Source: Mobula birostris
Taxonomy: Eukaryota
DNA length: 64,000 nt
NCBI RefSeq assembly: GCF_030028105.1
Contig: NC_092379.1
Span: 46,486,150 to 46,550,149, forward strand
Direction: 5' to 3'
The notes beneath the pieces were generated by a model. It was given only the letters and a program-made list of their open reading frames with translations. It ran no database searches and was not told the DNA's origin. Of the stretch, positions 1 through 12,294 are shown piece by piece; the first letter of the stretch is position 1, and every line of letters begins with the position of its first letter. The position numbers were made by a program, and so were the translations under genes.

Positions 1-59
1 AGGGTGTCAAACAGGGGGAGGACGGCTAGAGACTGTTGAAGTGGTGATTATTGCGGGGA

Positions 60-584
60 CGGGGTTCTTTGCCATTTATCTGGTGAGCTCACACTGTTGT
101 CTCTCTGCTACATTTGCAAATCCAGAATTTCCCAGTGACCATCCATATTCATTTTTTATCCACATTCCCTTTCTGACTTGTCGGTCCATCTCCACCTCTT
201 CTTCACTGATGAGGACACTCTCAAATTTAAGGAGCAACAGCTCGTATTCCATCTAGGTAGCTTCCAACCTGATAGCATGAACATTGATTTCTCCAAATTC
301 CGATACCTCTGCTCCCCTTTCCCTCTTCTTCAATTCACCTCCCCAGCTTCTTAAGCCTGTTACCTCCAACCGGTGGCGCTTCTCCTTCACGTTCTCCTTT
401 GATACACCTTCGTAGCCTACTAGATTAAGCTTCCAAACTCATTGCCCCTCCTCTACCCACCTATCACCTTCTAGCTTGTTTGCTTTCTTATTCTGGCATC
501 TTCCTCTTCCTTTCCAGTCCTGATGAAGGGTCTCGGACCGAAACGTTTCCATAGATGCTGCCCAGTCTGCTGAGTTCCTCCGGC

Positions 585-624
<40 letters not shown>

Positions 625-626
625 GC
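60..626 (+). mobile_element. Penelope-like element 3' fragment (GIY-YIG end, tail with degenerate hammerhead, (TG)n)
   Basis: Decayed ...EQQLVFHLGSFQPDSMNIDFSKFR (~230-305) matches the PLE GIY-YIG C-terminus. The tail CCAGTCCTGATGAAGGGTCTCGGACCGAAAC at 514-544 recurs throughout the window. Confidence 0.8.
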
Positions 627-660
627 TCGGGAGTGATGGCAGAAGTTAATTAGTTGCTGT

Positions 661-1136
661 GGGAATCCCCAAAAATAAAAACGAGTAACGGGCTTCATTT
701 TGACGGACAAGATGTAAGGTGCTGGGCTTCCAGGAAAAGCATTTATCTGGCATATCAGGGACTATATTACCCCTAAGCATCAGACTGAGTGAGAGGATGA
801 ATGAACTTCCGAAACAGCAGATTAATTTATGGATATCAAACCACACCTTACTGCATTACTCCAAGCCCTGTACTGCTGACTGCATTACTCCAAGCCCTGT
901 ACAACCTGAATGAGAGGCCTTTTTCCAAAGGTCATCGATTACAAGAGTGTACTTTACAACCGGAAGAAGAGACGTGCACTGTAGAAGGATTTCCCAGGGG
1001 AAGACAAGTACGGGTGTACATTCCAAATGATTTCGATTACAATGGGGAGCCTGTTTCAAACGGAGATGGTAATGTTTGTCAGTACAATGGGCAGAACACC
1101 TTGTATTTAAACAGGAAGAAATCGAATGACATTTAA
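661..1136 (+). pseudogene. Endogenous retrovirus integrase relic (frameshifted)
   Basis: Across frames reads GIP..IKTSNGLHFDGQDVRCWA..YYP*AS..ERMNELPKQQI..ALLQALYNLNERP..GRQVRVYIP. This resembles the retroviral IN core (TDNG.HF / YYPQASGL.ERMNGLLKQQI). Confidence 0.6.
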
Positions 1137-3411
1137 GACAAATAATAAACAAATGCTTTGCTTATTTTAGGTGAAATTAGGATGCTGGATGTAATCCGAT
1201 CACCAACATGGACCATGCTCCAGGGAGAATGCGATCTGAATGCGCGAGAAAGACTCACGAAAGTCACACCTCCACAGAGCCTTTTTCCTCGCTTCAATGG
1301 GTTTGACCTCGACGGACTAAGCACACAATGAAATAAAAGCGCACGCTGTCAAAGCAAATGAAATATTGTGTGATCCCGATTTTAGGAATAGGTTTTGGAA
1401 TTGGGAGATCATTGTCCAGATACACCCTTAACTTAGAATCCTTTCAAATCGTTCTATAACTGTGCTACTAGTCCTGCTTGTAGTGCAGTTTCTTTTAGCT
1501 CCCTGCCTGAAGAGAGATATTAGCCGATTGTAGCATCAGGTCCCAACTATACAGTATGATTTATTACCCATATGAAACTTTAATTATAATATTCCAGTTG
1601 ATATTAAGTTTGTACTTACTATAATTTAGTTTTTGCAAAGTAGTATTTTGCTTTTTGGTATAATATATCATGAACTGAAGTGTAAGAAAAGAATAAAATG
1701 TGACCCGACTTTGATAAATGACAAGATCTGTAACACAAATTGCAAGATTCTACAACAAAATGGTGTCAGATTTGAATGTGGTGACTGTCGGGAGAGAAAG
1801 AGATTATTCTTTATATAATTCGAATAAAGTAATTTCTTACAACCTTTTTTTGTTTTCTCATGCATCTTGCTGTTGAATAAGAAAGACAAAGGAGCGAATT
1901 TTAAATTATTTTCAGTAGAAGAGGCTCTAAGAATATCCCTATCTTCAATGATGGTGGGACATAATATGACTGTACACGATTGTGACATCGGTGAGCATGT
2001 TTAACCCTAAGTGCTGAACAATTGATTAAACTCCACTTCCTCCTCGTGTCTCCACCTTCTGGAAAGACACTCTGCAGCCTACTGGATTCAGTCCACACCA
2101 TATCAAGAAAAGTCTGAAAGGACTGGATACAGCAAACGTTATTGCATTCATCTAAGTCCCAGCAATAGCTCAACTGGGTTTGCAGATTACCGAGAAGGTA
2201 ATGCGTATCAGCACACAGACCTAATGTGGGATAGTAGGATTAATTTGTATGGACAAAGAGTCAGACTGGACGTGGTAGGCAAAAGGCCGTCATCTATGTT
2301 GTATGATTCTATGCCTCTCTGACCTGAAGTAGCTGCGCCTCCAGCCAGGCTCGTCTGGTATACGCGCATCGTAATGGCAATTTGAAACAAATGCCCAAAG
2401 AAAGGCCCGTGTCTGAAAAGCAGAACAACTGCAATTCAACAAATTATAAACCGCAAGGCTCACTCTTAATCATTATTAAAATAATAGGTGTAATCAATTA
2501 GAGTTGTGAAATGACAACTGATTATCAGTGTCCAGCTTGAGAGTTGCCAGGTTTTATGGTTTCAAGATATCATCAAAACTGTGTTCTAAACCTTAGCCAA
2601 ATGATTTATAAATAAAAATCATAATTTCTCAGGATGAATTTTGTCGCGGGGTAGTTATAAGTACCAGATTGTTCAGCGTCCACATATTTGCGGGTGCAGT
2701 TTTCCTTTCGAATAAAAATTAATAACTCTTGAACCGAGTGCAAGCAAAGCATAGATATCGCTCATGCACATCACTATGGACTCTATTTTTACATGTTGCG
2801 ATTTTTTTGCATTCATAGAAATCTGGAATGAATCAACATACTGTATGGCCAATCTGTCTTATTAGAAATCTATAGTGCTGTTTCTACCAGCACCCTCTCC
2901 CCTCGTCTGTACTGGCGAACATTTAATTTCAAACTGTATATTAATTGAAAATAATCGTTGAATTTCTTGTCACTTGCCAGAAAATAAGAACTCGCGGAGT
3001 AAATACGATACTCCCATTGGTTTATTGTCAAATATTTAACATTATTGCCCGCTGGTCTTCAGCTCTTCGAAATTTCAAATATGTTTCTTCAGTTTTTTTT
3101 CAATCAAATGACCGAATTGCATCGAATACGTCCATGAAATATCTCGTTAATCTCCATTATCCTTGGAGGAAAAATTCAGGTATCTCCTGGTTCCACCCTT
3201 GACTATGAGAGATTCTGGCTTTCAAGCAACAAAATGCAAAGTCAAGTGCAGATCACCCAGTTTCTCTGGAATGACTGAGCAGTCTTGAAGAGAACCACAT
3301 ATCCACGACGTATGCTTATGTTCTCATTTAGCACTCCGTATCCTTTCAAATCTGTTCTAGTTTGATTTTTAAGCTGAGGCCTAATCACTATACATTAAAA
3401 CTTTGATCAAA

Positions 3412-4050
3412 ATTCAGGATTCAAGATTCAAGATTGCTTAATGTAATTCCCTGTACAGAAATGTATTGGAGAAGGAAATAATTATTATTCGGAATCCATT
3501 GCAGTAAAAACACGACAAGGTGAAACCGTAATAATAATAATATTAATAATAATAATGAGCGTGCTTGGTTATGCCCGTAACTCAGGCTTTACCGACTTGA
3601 GCTGAGAAAATATAAATAGTGATAACATATTAAATATAAGTATGGAAGATAGATTGTATACATGAATTGATAATATCCATAAAGTGACGCCAAGCACCGG
3701 ATTGTCTGAGTGTAAGATAACTGACAGGAAATTTTAAAGTAGTTGTTGTTGGGGCTGTGGAGGGGTGGCTTGTGGGTACAGATGTTGATCGACCTTGCTA
3801 CTTCTGGAAACTAACTGTTTTTCGTTCTGGTGGTCCTCGTGTAAATACTACATATCGTCCTCCCTAATAGGAGAGGGACAGACACTCCCTGAACAGGGTG
3901 GGAAGAATCTTTTATGATTTTACTGGCCCTTTTATGACACCTCCCCGCATATATCCCTTTGATATCGAGTAGGGTGGAGACTGCACTCTAACGAAGAGGA
4001 CGGCTCTATAATGGGTATTGAAGACTGCCCAACACATCACGGGCAAACCT
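3412..4050 (-). mobile_element. Rex1/Babar-type LINE 3' fragment, decayed
   Basis: CAAGATT-repeat tail at ~3412-3437 and decayed RT C-terminal sequence similar to the copies at 33.5-34.4 kb and 58.0-58.6 kb. Confidence 0.55.
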
Positions 4051-5744
4051 GCATTATTTAAATTCGATGCATAAATTAAGAAAGTCTATTTATCTCTACT
4101 TTACAGGAATAAATCCTGACAGATTAATGCATTCTTGCGTTCCACACCTCTAAAATCTGTCCACTAGGTCACTGACTTGTGTCATTACATCTGCAGATCT
4201 ACAACCTAAGCTAACAAAATGGTGTTGAAATCATTTGTTTATTTTGTCATTCTTACTCACAAGGGAGTTAATGGCAATTTTACCCTTGTTATCACTGTCT
4301 TGCACCTCTTGCTGTTTCCTGCTCGTATTCCGGTTTGCATAGCTCAGTCACAATCCGAATAGTTTTGTTGGTTTCATTGCGGACATGGAAATCTGTGCAT
4401 GTTGTGGGTTCGCCACTGATTTACATACTAATGTTTTTGCACGTGCAGAGACGTAGTCTCTAGAATTTAGTCATACATAGTTCCCCAGTTAGTAAACATA
4501 CTGAAGAGATTTAGTACAATAATTAATTTACTTACACAATGCTCGGTCTGTAAATAGAAAGCAAGCATTGTTGGTTTGTAATGCACATTGGTCCCTAAGA
4601 TTTGAAATAAAGTTTGCAAAAATGTTCATCTTAGATAATATGCTGATATATTGCAGGAAGATAGTGTGCAGCTGGCCGAGTGGTAACTGAGCACCGGAGC
4701 CACGCAGCCACCTGTCCTGTCATATTAATATCTGGAGTCTAATACTAAAAGCACACCAGCTCTCTGGAGGTTATAATGAATGCCTTATTTCAAAGTCTAT
4801 CTGTTAATCATCTGTGACTGTGATTGATGAGTTTTATCCATGAAAAGGATTCATCCACTCTTAAAACATCAGTCAATTTATCATCAAAGTCTATCGTACC
4901 CATTTGCCAGGAAGACATTTTAGATCTGGTTTGTTTGGTAAAGGTACATTCTAACTTCCCTCCAAGTTTACCTGACATGAAAGTCAGATAAATTATCAGG
5001 AGAAAGGTTTCTGACTGAAGGGCTTTCGAAAGGGTTGGAACACCCAAAATTTAGGCTGTGTTCCTACGCTCTCAATTGTACCGAAGATCTACAAGTTCAC
5101 TAACTTTAAACAAACACATATTGGAATATAGAATAACTGTCAGAATCATGTTATTCTCTGTCAAGGGCAAGATAACACACCTTGTTGTGAGCAGATTGTT
5201 GAGGTTTTCTGAAGTGGATGCCACAATAACTTCCTGCGAAAATGCAGTTCCTTGTTTTAGTTCTTTTACAATTTGGAAGCTTTATGCTATATATGGCCTC
5301 GGGGTAGACCCTAGGATTTATTTTTGCAACGGCAATAATCAGAATCAAAATGGTTGCACACCTGTCAATATTTAGCTGCTTGAAATTATACAGAGAGGAC
5401 CGAAATAGAGGCTCTGAAAACATTTATTTATTTTGTAATTTGATGTAAATTCTGATTATTTGTTTTGTACGTTTTGTATTTCAGAATTAAACTCTAATTA
5501 GTTCTATAAAAATGGGTTATGCTCCTGTACAGAAAATAGTGAAAAGCGCAGATGAGCGGGGACATTGGAAACAAGAAGTATAATATCTTAGATAATACTC
5601 AACAGTGAAAAATGACACCTCTGGAGGTTTTGCATTCCTGCTTATGGAGCTTTCAACCAATGTGAAAAGGGCAGTTAAGAAGAAAATGCAACACAAGTTG
5701 CTGAAGGAACTCAGCAGTTCAGGTGGCATCTACGGCGGCAAGTG

Positions 5745-6815
5745 AACAGCAGACATTTCCTCCACCATTGATGCTGCTCTCACCCACATGTACTCCATTT
5801 CCTAGACGTCCGCGCTCACCCTATCTTAACACCACCTTGACAGTAATTCCTCTTTTCCTATCTGCCACCCCTGAGTTTTCGTATTCAGCACATCATTCTT
5901 TGCAACTTTAGACATCTTACCACTAACCACAACTGGACTTTCCCCGGCCCTATCCCACTTTCCACAGGGATCACTCCCTCTGTGATTTCCTTGTGCATTC
6001 ATTCCTCCCCAATAATCTGCGCTCTGGCACTTACACTGCAAACGGCAGAAGTGAACACCTGCCCATTGACCTCCTCCATCATCTCCATTCAGGGCCATAA
6101 ACAACCCTTCCAGTTGAGGCAACACCTCATCTGCAAATCGGTGTTGAATGTGTCCGATACTCCGGGCGTGGTCACTTCTACATTGCTGAGATCTGATTTA
6201 CAATATATTGAGGGGCCGCTTTGTGAGCCCTTCAGCTGCATCGCTAAAAGAGGAGTTTCTGGGTGGCCAATCATTTCAATTCTGATCCCCATTTCTTTTC
6301 CAACATGTTGGTCTGTGGTCTGCTCTTCTATCTTGATGAGGCCATTCTCATCTTGTAAGAGCAACACATACTCCCTCTAGGCAGCCTTGAACCGAATGGC
6401 ACAAACTTCGATGTTTGGAATTTCTGGTAATCCTTTCCTTCTCTCTTCCTTCTTTTTCAATTCCCCACTCTGGCCTCTTCCCTCTTTTCCTCAGCAACCT
6501 ATTACCTTCCATGGTGACCATCCTCCTTCCATTTCTCCCGTAATTTATTCTTCCTTCCCATAGAAATTCTTCTTCTCCAGTTCGTTCCCTTTTGCACGTA
6601 TCACCTCCCATCTTCTCAGTTCAATCCCCCATCCCCACCCAGCTGCCTTCACCTTTTATTGTCCTCCTCCCCTCCCTCCAGCTTCATGTTCAGTACCTTC
6701 CCTCTTCCTTTCCAGTCCTGGTGAATGATCTCAGCCTGAGATGTCAACTGTTCATTAATTTCCCTGGATGCTGCCTGACTTGCTGAGTTCCTCCAGTATT
6801 TTTTGTGTGTTGCAG
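5745..6815 (+). mobile_element. Penelope-like element: RT linker, GIY-YIG endonuclease and tail
   Basis: Decayed ...TCPLTSSIISIQGHKQPFQLRQHLICKS...LQYIEG...F.CI... (ORF 5982-6380 region), followed by the pyrimidine-rich tail and a degenerate hammerhead at ~6714-6750. An inverted tail copy follows at ~6815-7060. Confidence 0.8.
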
Positions 6816-7089
6816 TCGAAATTTCAGACCGAGACCCTTTATCAAGACTGAAAAGGAGGAGGGCAGAAGCCGCATGAAACAGTATGGAGAGGGTAGAAGC
6901 ACAAACAGGCGTGTGGCTGGTGAACCCAGGTGGGAGACGGAAAGGAAGTAACAGCGGGGAGGATGGGAGAGTGACAATTATATGTTAAGATGGGCCACGA
7001 TAGGTGGCAGAACCACAGGACTGAAGGGGAAAGTATATGGTAGCAAAGAACAATTCCTATCCACTGTTGCACATACCTTTCGGCGACCG

Positions 7090-7480
7090 AGAGAGCTTCA
7101 GATTTCCACATTCCGTATTTATTTGCCCTTCTTTTGATCAATCTGCCAATTCGCAGAACTAGCAACATGGCTTTGTACGCGAAAAGTTGTGGCTCACGAA
7201 TTTGACTGAGTTTTTTTGAGGACGTGTCCAAGATGATTGAGAGTAAATGTCTTCTCCACGGAATTTAGCAATGTTTTGAAAAGGTCCGGTCTGTCAGACT
7301 GCTCCGGTAGTTTGGCTGCATCATATGGGATCCAGTATGATCTGGACAAATGAATGTGGAATTGATATAGTGGGTTGAAGGCATGAAAAGATAGTGGAAA
7401 GTTGTTATTCAGATTGGAGGTCTTTGACTAGTGTGCCATAGGAATTGATTATGGCTTCCCTGATGTTTCTGATATATTTT
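7090..7480 (+). mobile_element. CR1 LINE RT fragment, decayed
   Basis: CAACATGGCTTTG...TTTTTTGAGGACGTG (QHGF...FFEDV) matches the intact CR1 RT at 43.3-44.6 kb. Confidence 0.65.
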
Positions 7481-7485
7481 AAAAA

Positions 7486-9066
7486 CACAGGACAACCTTT
7501 TTCATTAAGCGTGTTGCTACCTCAGAATTTTATTTTTTGGTCTGATAGACAAATTGAGGATGAATACAAACATAATTGCATCACGTAGGAATTTGGAAAA
7601 ACAAGAAATTAAATTTTATTGAATATAATGCATTTAATTGCAGTGTGGTGCTGACGCTTTGCAATTGTTCAACAGCGACACTGTTTCAGTGATGATTTTC
7701 GTTTGTACTCAGCGTCTGAGGCTTCTCGCTTAAGTGCCCAACTGTAATCGGCCAGCATTGACTGATTCCAGTAGCCCTGATACTGTTTCTCTGGGCCCGC
7801 AATGTTCCAGAAAAAAACTTTCACCATGGTTGCCAGAAACAGCGCAAAAATTTGCAGGGAAGAATAAATGGGCAAGTAGAAAAGGAATCTTTAGTGACAT
7901 GTTGCAATTCACTGTTTCGTATGCCTTAAGCATGTCAATCAGCACTGGTGCACTGCAGTTGCCAACAACATTTTCAATAACACCCTTGAATGCCTTCCCT
8001 GCAATTCTCTCTCGTCCAACTAGAAGTGTTTTTTTTTCAAATTGCCTGTCATTGATGGCCTTTTTGATTTGTGGTCCAACAAAACAACTTCGGTAATCTT
8101 CGCATCAGTTATTCTGGGAAACATCTGTCTCAAATATCGAAATCCTTCAGGAAATATTTGTATCTGGTGACAGTATATTCCATCCTTGCAGTTTTAAGCC
8201 CGGCAATTCTGCTTTGCATTTGACAAACCCAAGTTTCTGACCAGGTCATTTAATGTAGATTGAGTTATCAGATGAGGCTCACTCAACAGAAAAGTTTCTA
8301 AATCTGTATCAGTATCCGTGTCTTTTTCCAATCCTGGGCGCGTACATCGTGGCAGCTTCGTTAGATTTCTCTAGACTTGATATCTCTGGTGGCTTCGGTA
8401 CTGGAAGATATTTGTCATGCGGCACATGGCTGAAGGGAGAATGAGGTATTCAATGGATTTCTTATTTTTAGCAGAGACACACTGGTCAGACAGAAGTAGT
8501 AGTCTGTCACATGAATTTTCTGCTCCCGCCATATCATCGGGACAGCGAACGCCATTGACTTTTGAGCGCCTCTGAGCCAAGTTCTAAAAAGTACAGCGCG
8601 TGTTGCGCAACAAATGTGAGGAGCCAAGGCTCTGCATTGATCACGAATTTTGCACCCAAAGTATAGCTTATATGTCTTAGTAACAAGCGGAGTCCTGTTC
8701 CGTCTTGGATATTTAAGCGTAAACTTACCACAAATACAACAGAAAATATCACGGCTTTTGCAACATTGGCGAGACATCTTGCTATCACAAATACTCCTGA
8801 AAATACAATTACTTTATCATAATGACTACATACAATATGCTACGCGCATAGAGCATGCATGTCAACGTGATCGCAAACCGATATACAAGTAAATGCAATG
8901 CATAGAATAGTGTGTGCGTGATGCTTTTATCGCTTTTCCAAAACAAGTCCTGCCGAGCTTATGGTGCACGATGGGGATATTTCCTGGTGGTTTGCAGCAT
9001 CAGCAGCGCAACATCCATGAGATACGCTTAAAGGTATTCACGAAGCAATATCTTTGTTGTCCAATC
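7486..9066 (-). mobile_element. Chapaev3-type (CMC) DNA transposon, internally deleted
   Basis: N-terminal MSRQCCKSRDIFCCICGKF...YFGCKIRDQ..APHICC...MIWREQKIHVTDYYFC (ORF 8415-8777). C-terminal CNMSLKIPFL.AHL.FFPANF.AVSG.HGE.F and YQGYWNQSMLADYSW (ORFs 7730-7945, 7669-7875). Imperfect TIRs: CACAGGACAAC 7486-7496 and GTTGTCCAATC 9056-9066. Confidence 0.8.
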
Positions 9067-9924
9067 TAACTTGGATGAGAATATCGGTACATGATTTGTA
9101 AACTTATGGTTAACAGAAAAATTAGCATATAGTGGAAAATGAAGACATTTACCCAAGTTCGTTCTCCAGATTTCCTGGGAAACTGATCATATCTTAAAAT
9201 TGAATAGGTTGAATATATATCAGACACGTGCGAAGTAATGCATTTTGAGTGCATAGTTGCCTGAAGGATGTGACAGGTGGCCAGATTGTTGAAGAAAATG
9301 TAGACCATGAAAGCTTTCTTCGGTCAGAAGACTAAGCACAGGTTTTGGGTGCCATGTCACAATTGCACAAGAGGTTTCATTAATTTTTGTCATTTTTGTG
9401 TTATCCAATTGTATCCTTAATAACTGCTTTGATTTTTTTCTTAATTGTTTTTTTTTTTTTTTTGCAAGATTCAGCATTTGGCAATAACCAGACTCTGTTT
9501 ATCATGTTCCAAACTTTCCACAACGTTTGATCTATAAATCGGAGCTCTTCATTTTATCTTACTCAGTTCATATATGCCCTGACTTCTCACTACGCCTTCG
9601 TTGAATTCTTCCAAACTTCAGGACCACATCTTCAGAGCACTCCGATAAATTACAACTGTGCCTTGTAAAACTATCATGTCTGTCTAAGACAGCAACAGAC
9701 AACATATTTTCTACACACCAGCATGTATCTTAAGGCTCCGTTCGATGGGTTTCAATTCCACTCTGTTTGAAATTGGAATCAGGATGTAAGTCAGTTTTAT
9801 TATCACTGACATGTAGCATGTCGTTGAATGTGTTTCTTTACAACAAAGGTACAGTGCAAGATATAATATTAATATAAGTTGCAATAAATAAGCACATAGA
9901 ATTGGAATCACAAGGTCGTATTTA

Positions 9925-10530
9925 TAGGTCCAAGGACCGTTCAGAAATGTGATGATTGAGGGTGGGTGTTCAGGCTCTGATACTTCTTCCTCGGTGGCAA
10001 TAATAAGAGGGGACATCTCGGCTGGTGAGAGTGCTTAATGATGGATGCCTCTTTCTTGAGACACAGCCTTTTGCAATATTCATGATGGTGATATGGTTAC
10101 GTCGGTGAAGCAGATGACTAAGTCTTCCTTCAACCCTTTGTAACCTCTTTTGATACTACACTTTGGAACCTCTGCACAAGGGGGTGAAACAACCGGTCTG
10201 AAAACTCTCCATCGTACATCTGAAGAATTTTGCTAGTGCATTTGGTGATATTTCAAATCTTATCAAACTCCTAATTCGTGAGTTATTTATTCCTGAGTTA
10301 TTTATATTGTTTTTACTGAAGAAATTATTCAGTGCGCACATGTGGTCACTGGGCAAACAATTGCACAGCGCAAGATTTTTGAGAATAGTGGTCATTACAA
10401 ATGAGAGGAAACATTGGTATTCGGCCCAAGATAGTTCCTCTGAGATGACGACACCCAGGAACTTGAATCTGCTTATCTGCTTCACCACTGACCCATCAAT
10501 TACTGGAGGACCAGGGACTCATTTGAAAGA
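9925..10530 (-). mobile_element. Rex1/Babar-type LINE 3' fragment
   Basis: MVKQISRFKFLGVVISEELSW...LIRFEISPNALAKFFRCTMES.QTGCFT (ORF 10156-10488) is the RT C-terminal region. Confidence 0.7.
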
Positions 10531-11989
10531 CTTGAGAATACAGCAGAGAGGTTGATTAGCTTAGGGCAACATTTATAGTAGTTTTGCCATATAGAAATCA
10601 GAAAGGCTGAACAAATTTGAAGACCTCCTTCCACATATGTGATACATTGAATTGCAATCCATTACTGAACTTCAGGTCCATTCACCAAAATCACAACAAT
10701 AATCCAATATTGTTTGGAAAGTCAAAAGCCATCATAGCAGCCACCACTTTTCAGACTCTTGTATAAATCTATCAAACACGGAAACTTGCCATCTCGTGCT
10801 CCAACAATTTGCTCAGTACTACTAACCTGCCGATTGTAATAGAACTGAATTCCCTCCTTCTTTGCAATTTTTGACATGACACGTTCTGGAATGTAACCTC
10901 TGACGAAATAGGGCACAAAATATCTTTTAAAATATCATCTGCTGTCTTGCTGTTTCCCATTATTAATTCAAAATCATTTAGAGAAACAGAGTTTTAATGT
11001 TTTGATCAGTGTGTGCTTGAAGCGCACACGCCATATTGGGCATCTGTATATATTATTCGTACTGGTGGTCGGTTATAACATCATATCTGAAGAGTTTCTG
11101 AGGCTAGCGAGTTTCTGAGGCCACTGTACAAAACACGTGTATTGGAAAGTTACAGGTTAAAGACTCAATTGAATCAGATGATCACTTTCGTTCAACGTCA
11201 CCAATGAATATGCTTGTGGCTTTGATTTTGCAACGGAGGGCAGGTGGCAGCTCCGCTCACTGAAACAGCTGTACGAAACTACTGAAGCCTCCAGCCATCT
11301 GTTCTATCTGTCAATAATTGTATTCAGTGTCCCATCTCATAGTTTTACTTCTTGAAATTAAGCGAGCGCCTCCTTCTAAAAGCAGTACGGGGCAAACGTG
11401 ACCCCAGATGCTGCGGTTTTCAATTAACAACAGATGGGCAATAACAGATGTCGACTTAAGATAAGGGCGCAACGGTCACTTACTGGTCGTCCAGCACGTG
11501 ACATTCTTTTGTTGGGCTATTCTTTCACAACAGAATGGAACAACGAAGAGAGGAATTGTTTTTCAGAGCTCCATTAGCTGATTTTAAGCACCAAGATCCT
11601 TACAGCCAGACAATAATAACATGTTACCGGGAATCAAGAATCACCCTAAGCTGTCAGTATGAATGCACGTGCATAAAGTCACGGCAATACCATTACGTGT
11701 TATCTTGTTAGACTTACAAAGTTATGAATATCGACTTCAACTTGCTTTCAATTTTTTTTCTGCGCCTTGGTTATTGCTCTAACATGGGTAGCACATTAAT
11801 TTCAAGAGATAGTAAAGTATTTTGTTGGAATATCGGCCACCTTAAACGGTGTCACCAAACAGGCATGGCTCTATCATAGAAACGGTCTCTGATCTTGGTT
11901 CTCTTGTCTATGGAATTTATTCATTCGATTGCCACTAACAGAAAATAACATTTCATAATGAAATCAAGACTGAGGATGCGAGTGACGAG

Positions 11990-12270
11990 TCCAAAACCAC
12001 ATCAGTCTCTTTGTAAAATACATGGCCCGCACCTCTCTTTTCAATTTTCCCTCTCACCATCAATGCATGCCCTCTAGTATTACACATTTCAATCCTGTTG
12101 AAACATTTCGGCTTCCTGCAATTTATATGCTTCCCATAATTTTCTAACGTGCTCTCAGGTCGCCCCTTCGTAGGCCACTCAAGTATAAACAACTCTAGTT
12201 TCCACAAGCTCTCCTTATACGAACATTACCTCTAATCTGGACAGAATCCTTATAAACCTCTTCCGCACAT
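11990..12270 (-). mobile_element. CR1 LINE 3' fragment, decayed
   Basis: NRIEMCNTRGHALMVRG (ORF 11953-12207) is the CR1 ORF2 C-terminal motif TRGH. Confidence 0.6.
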
Positions 12271-12294
12271 ATCAAATTGCAACTTTAGTTCCTG

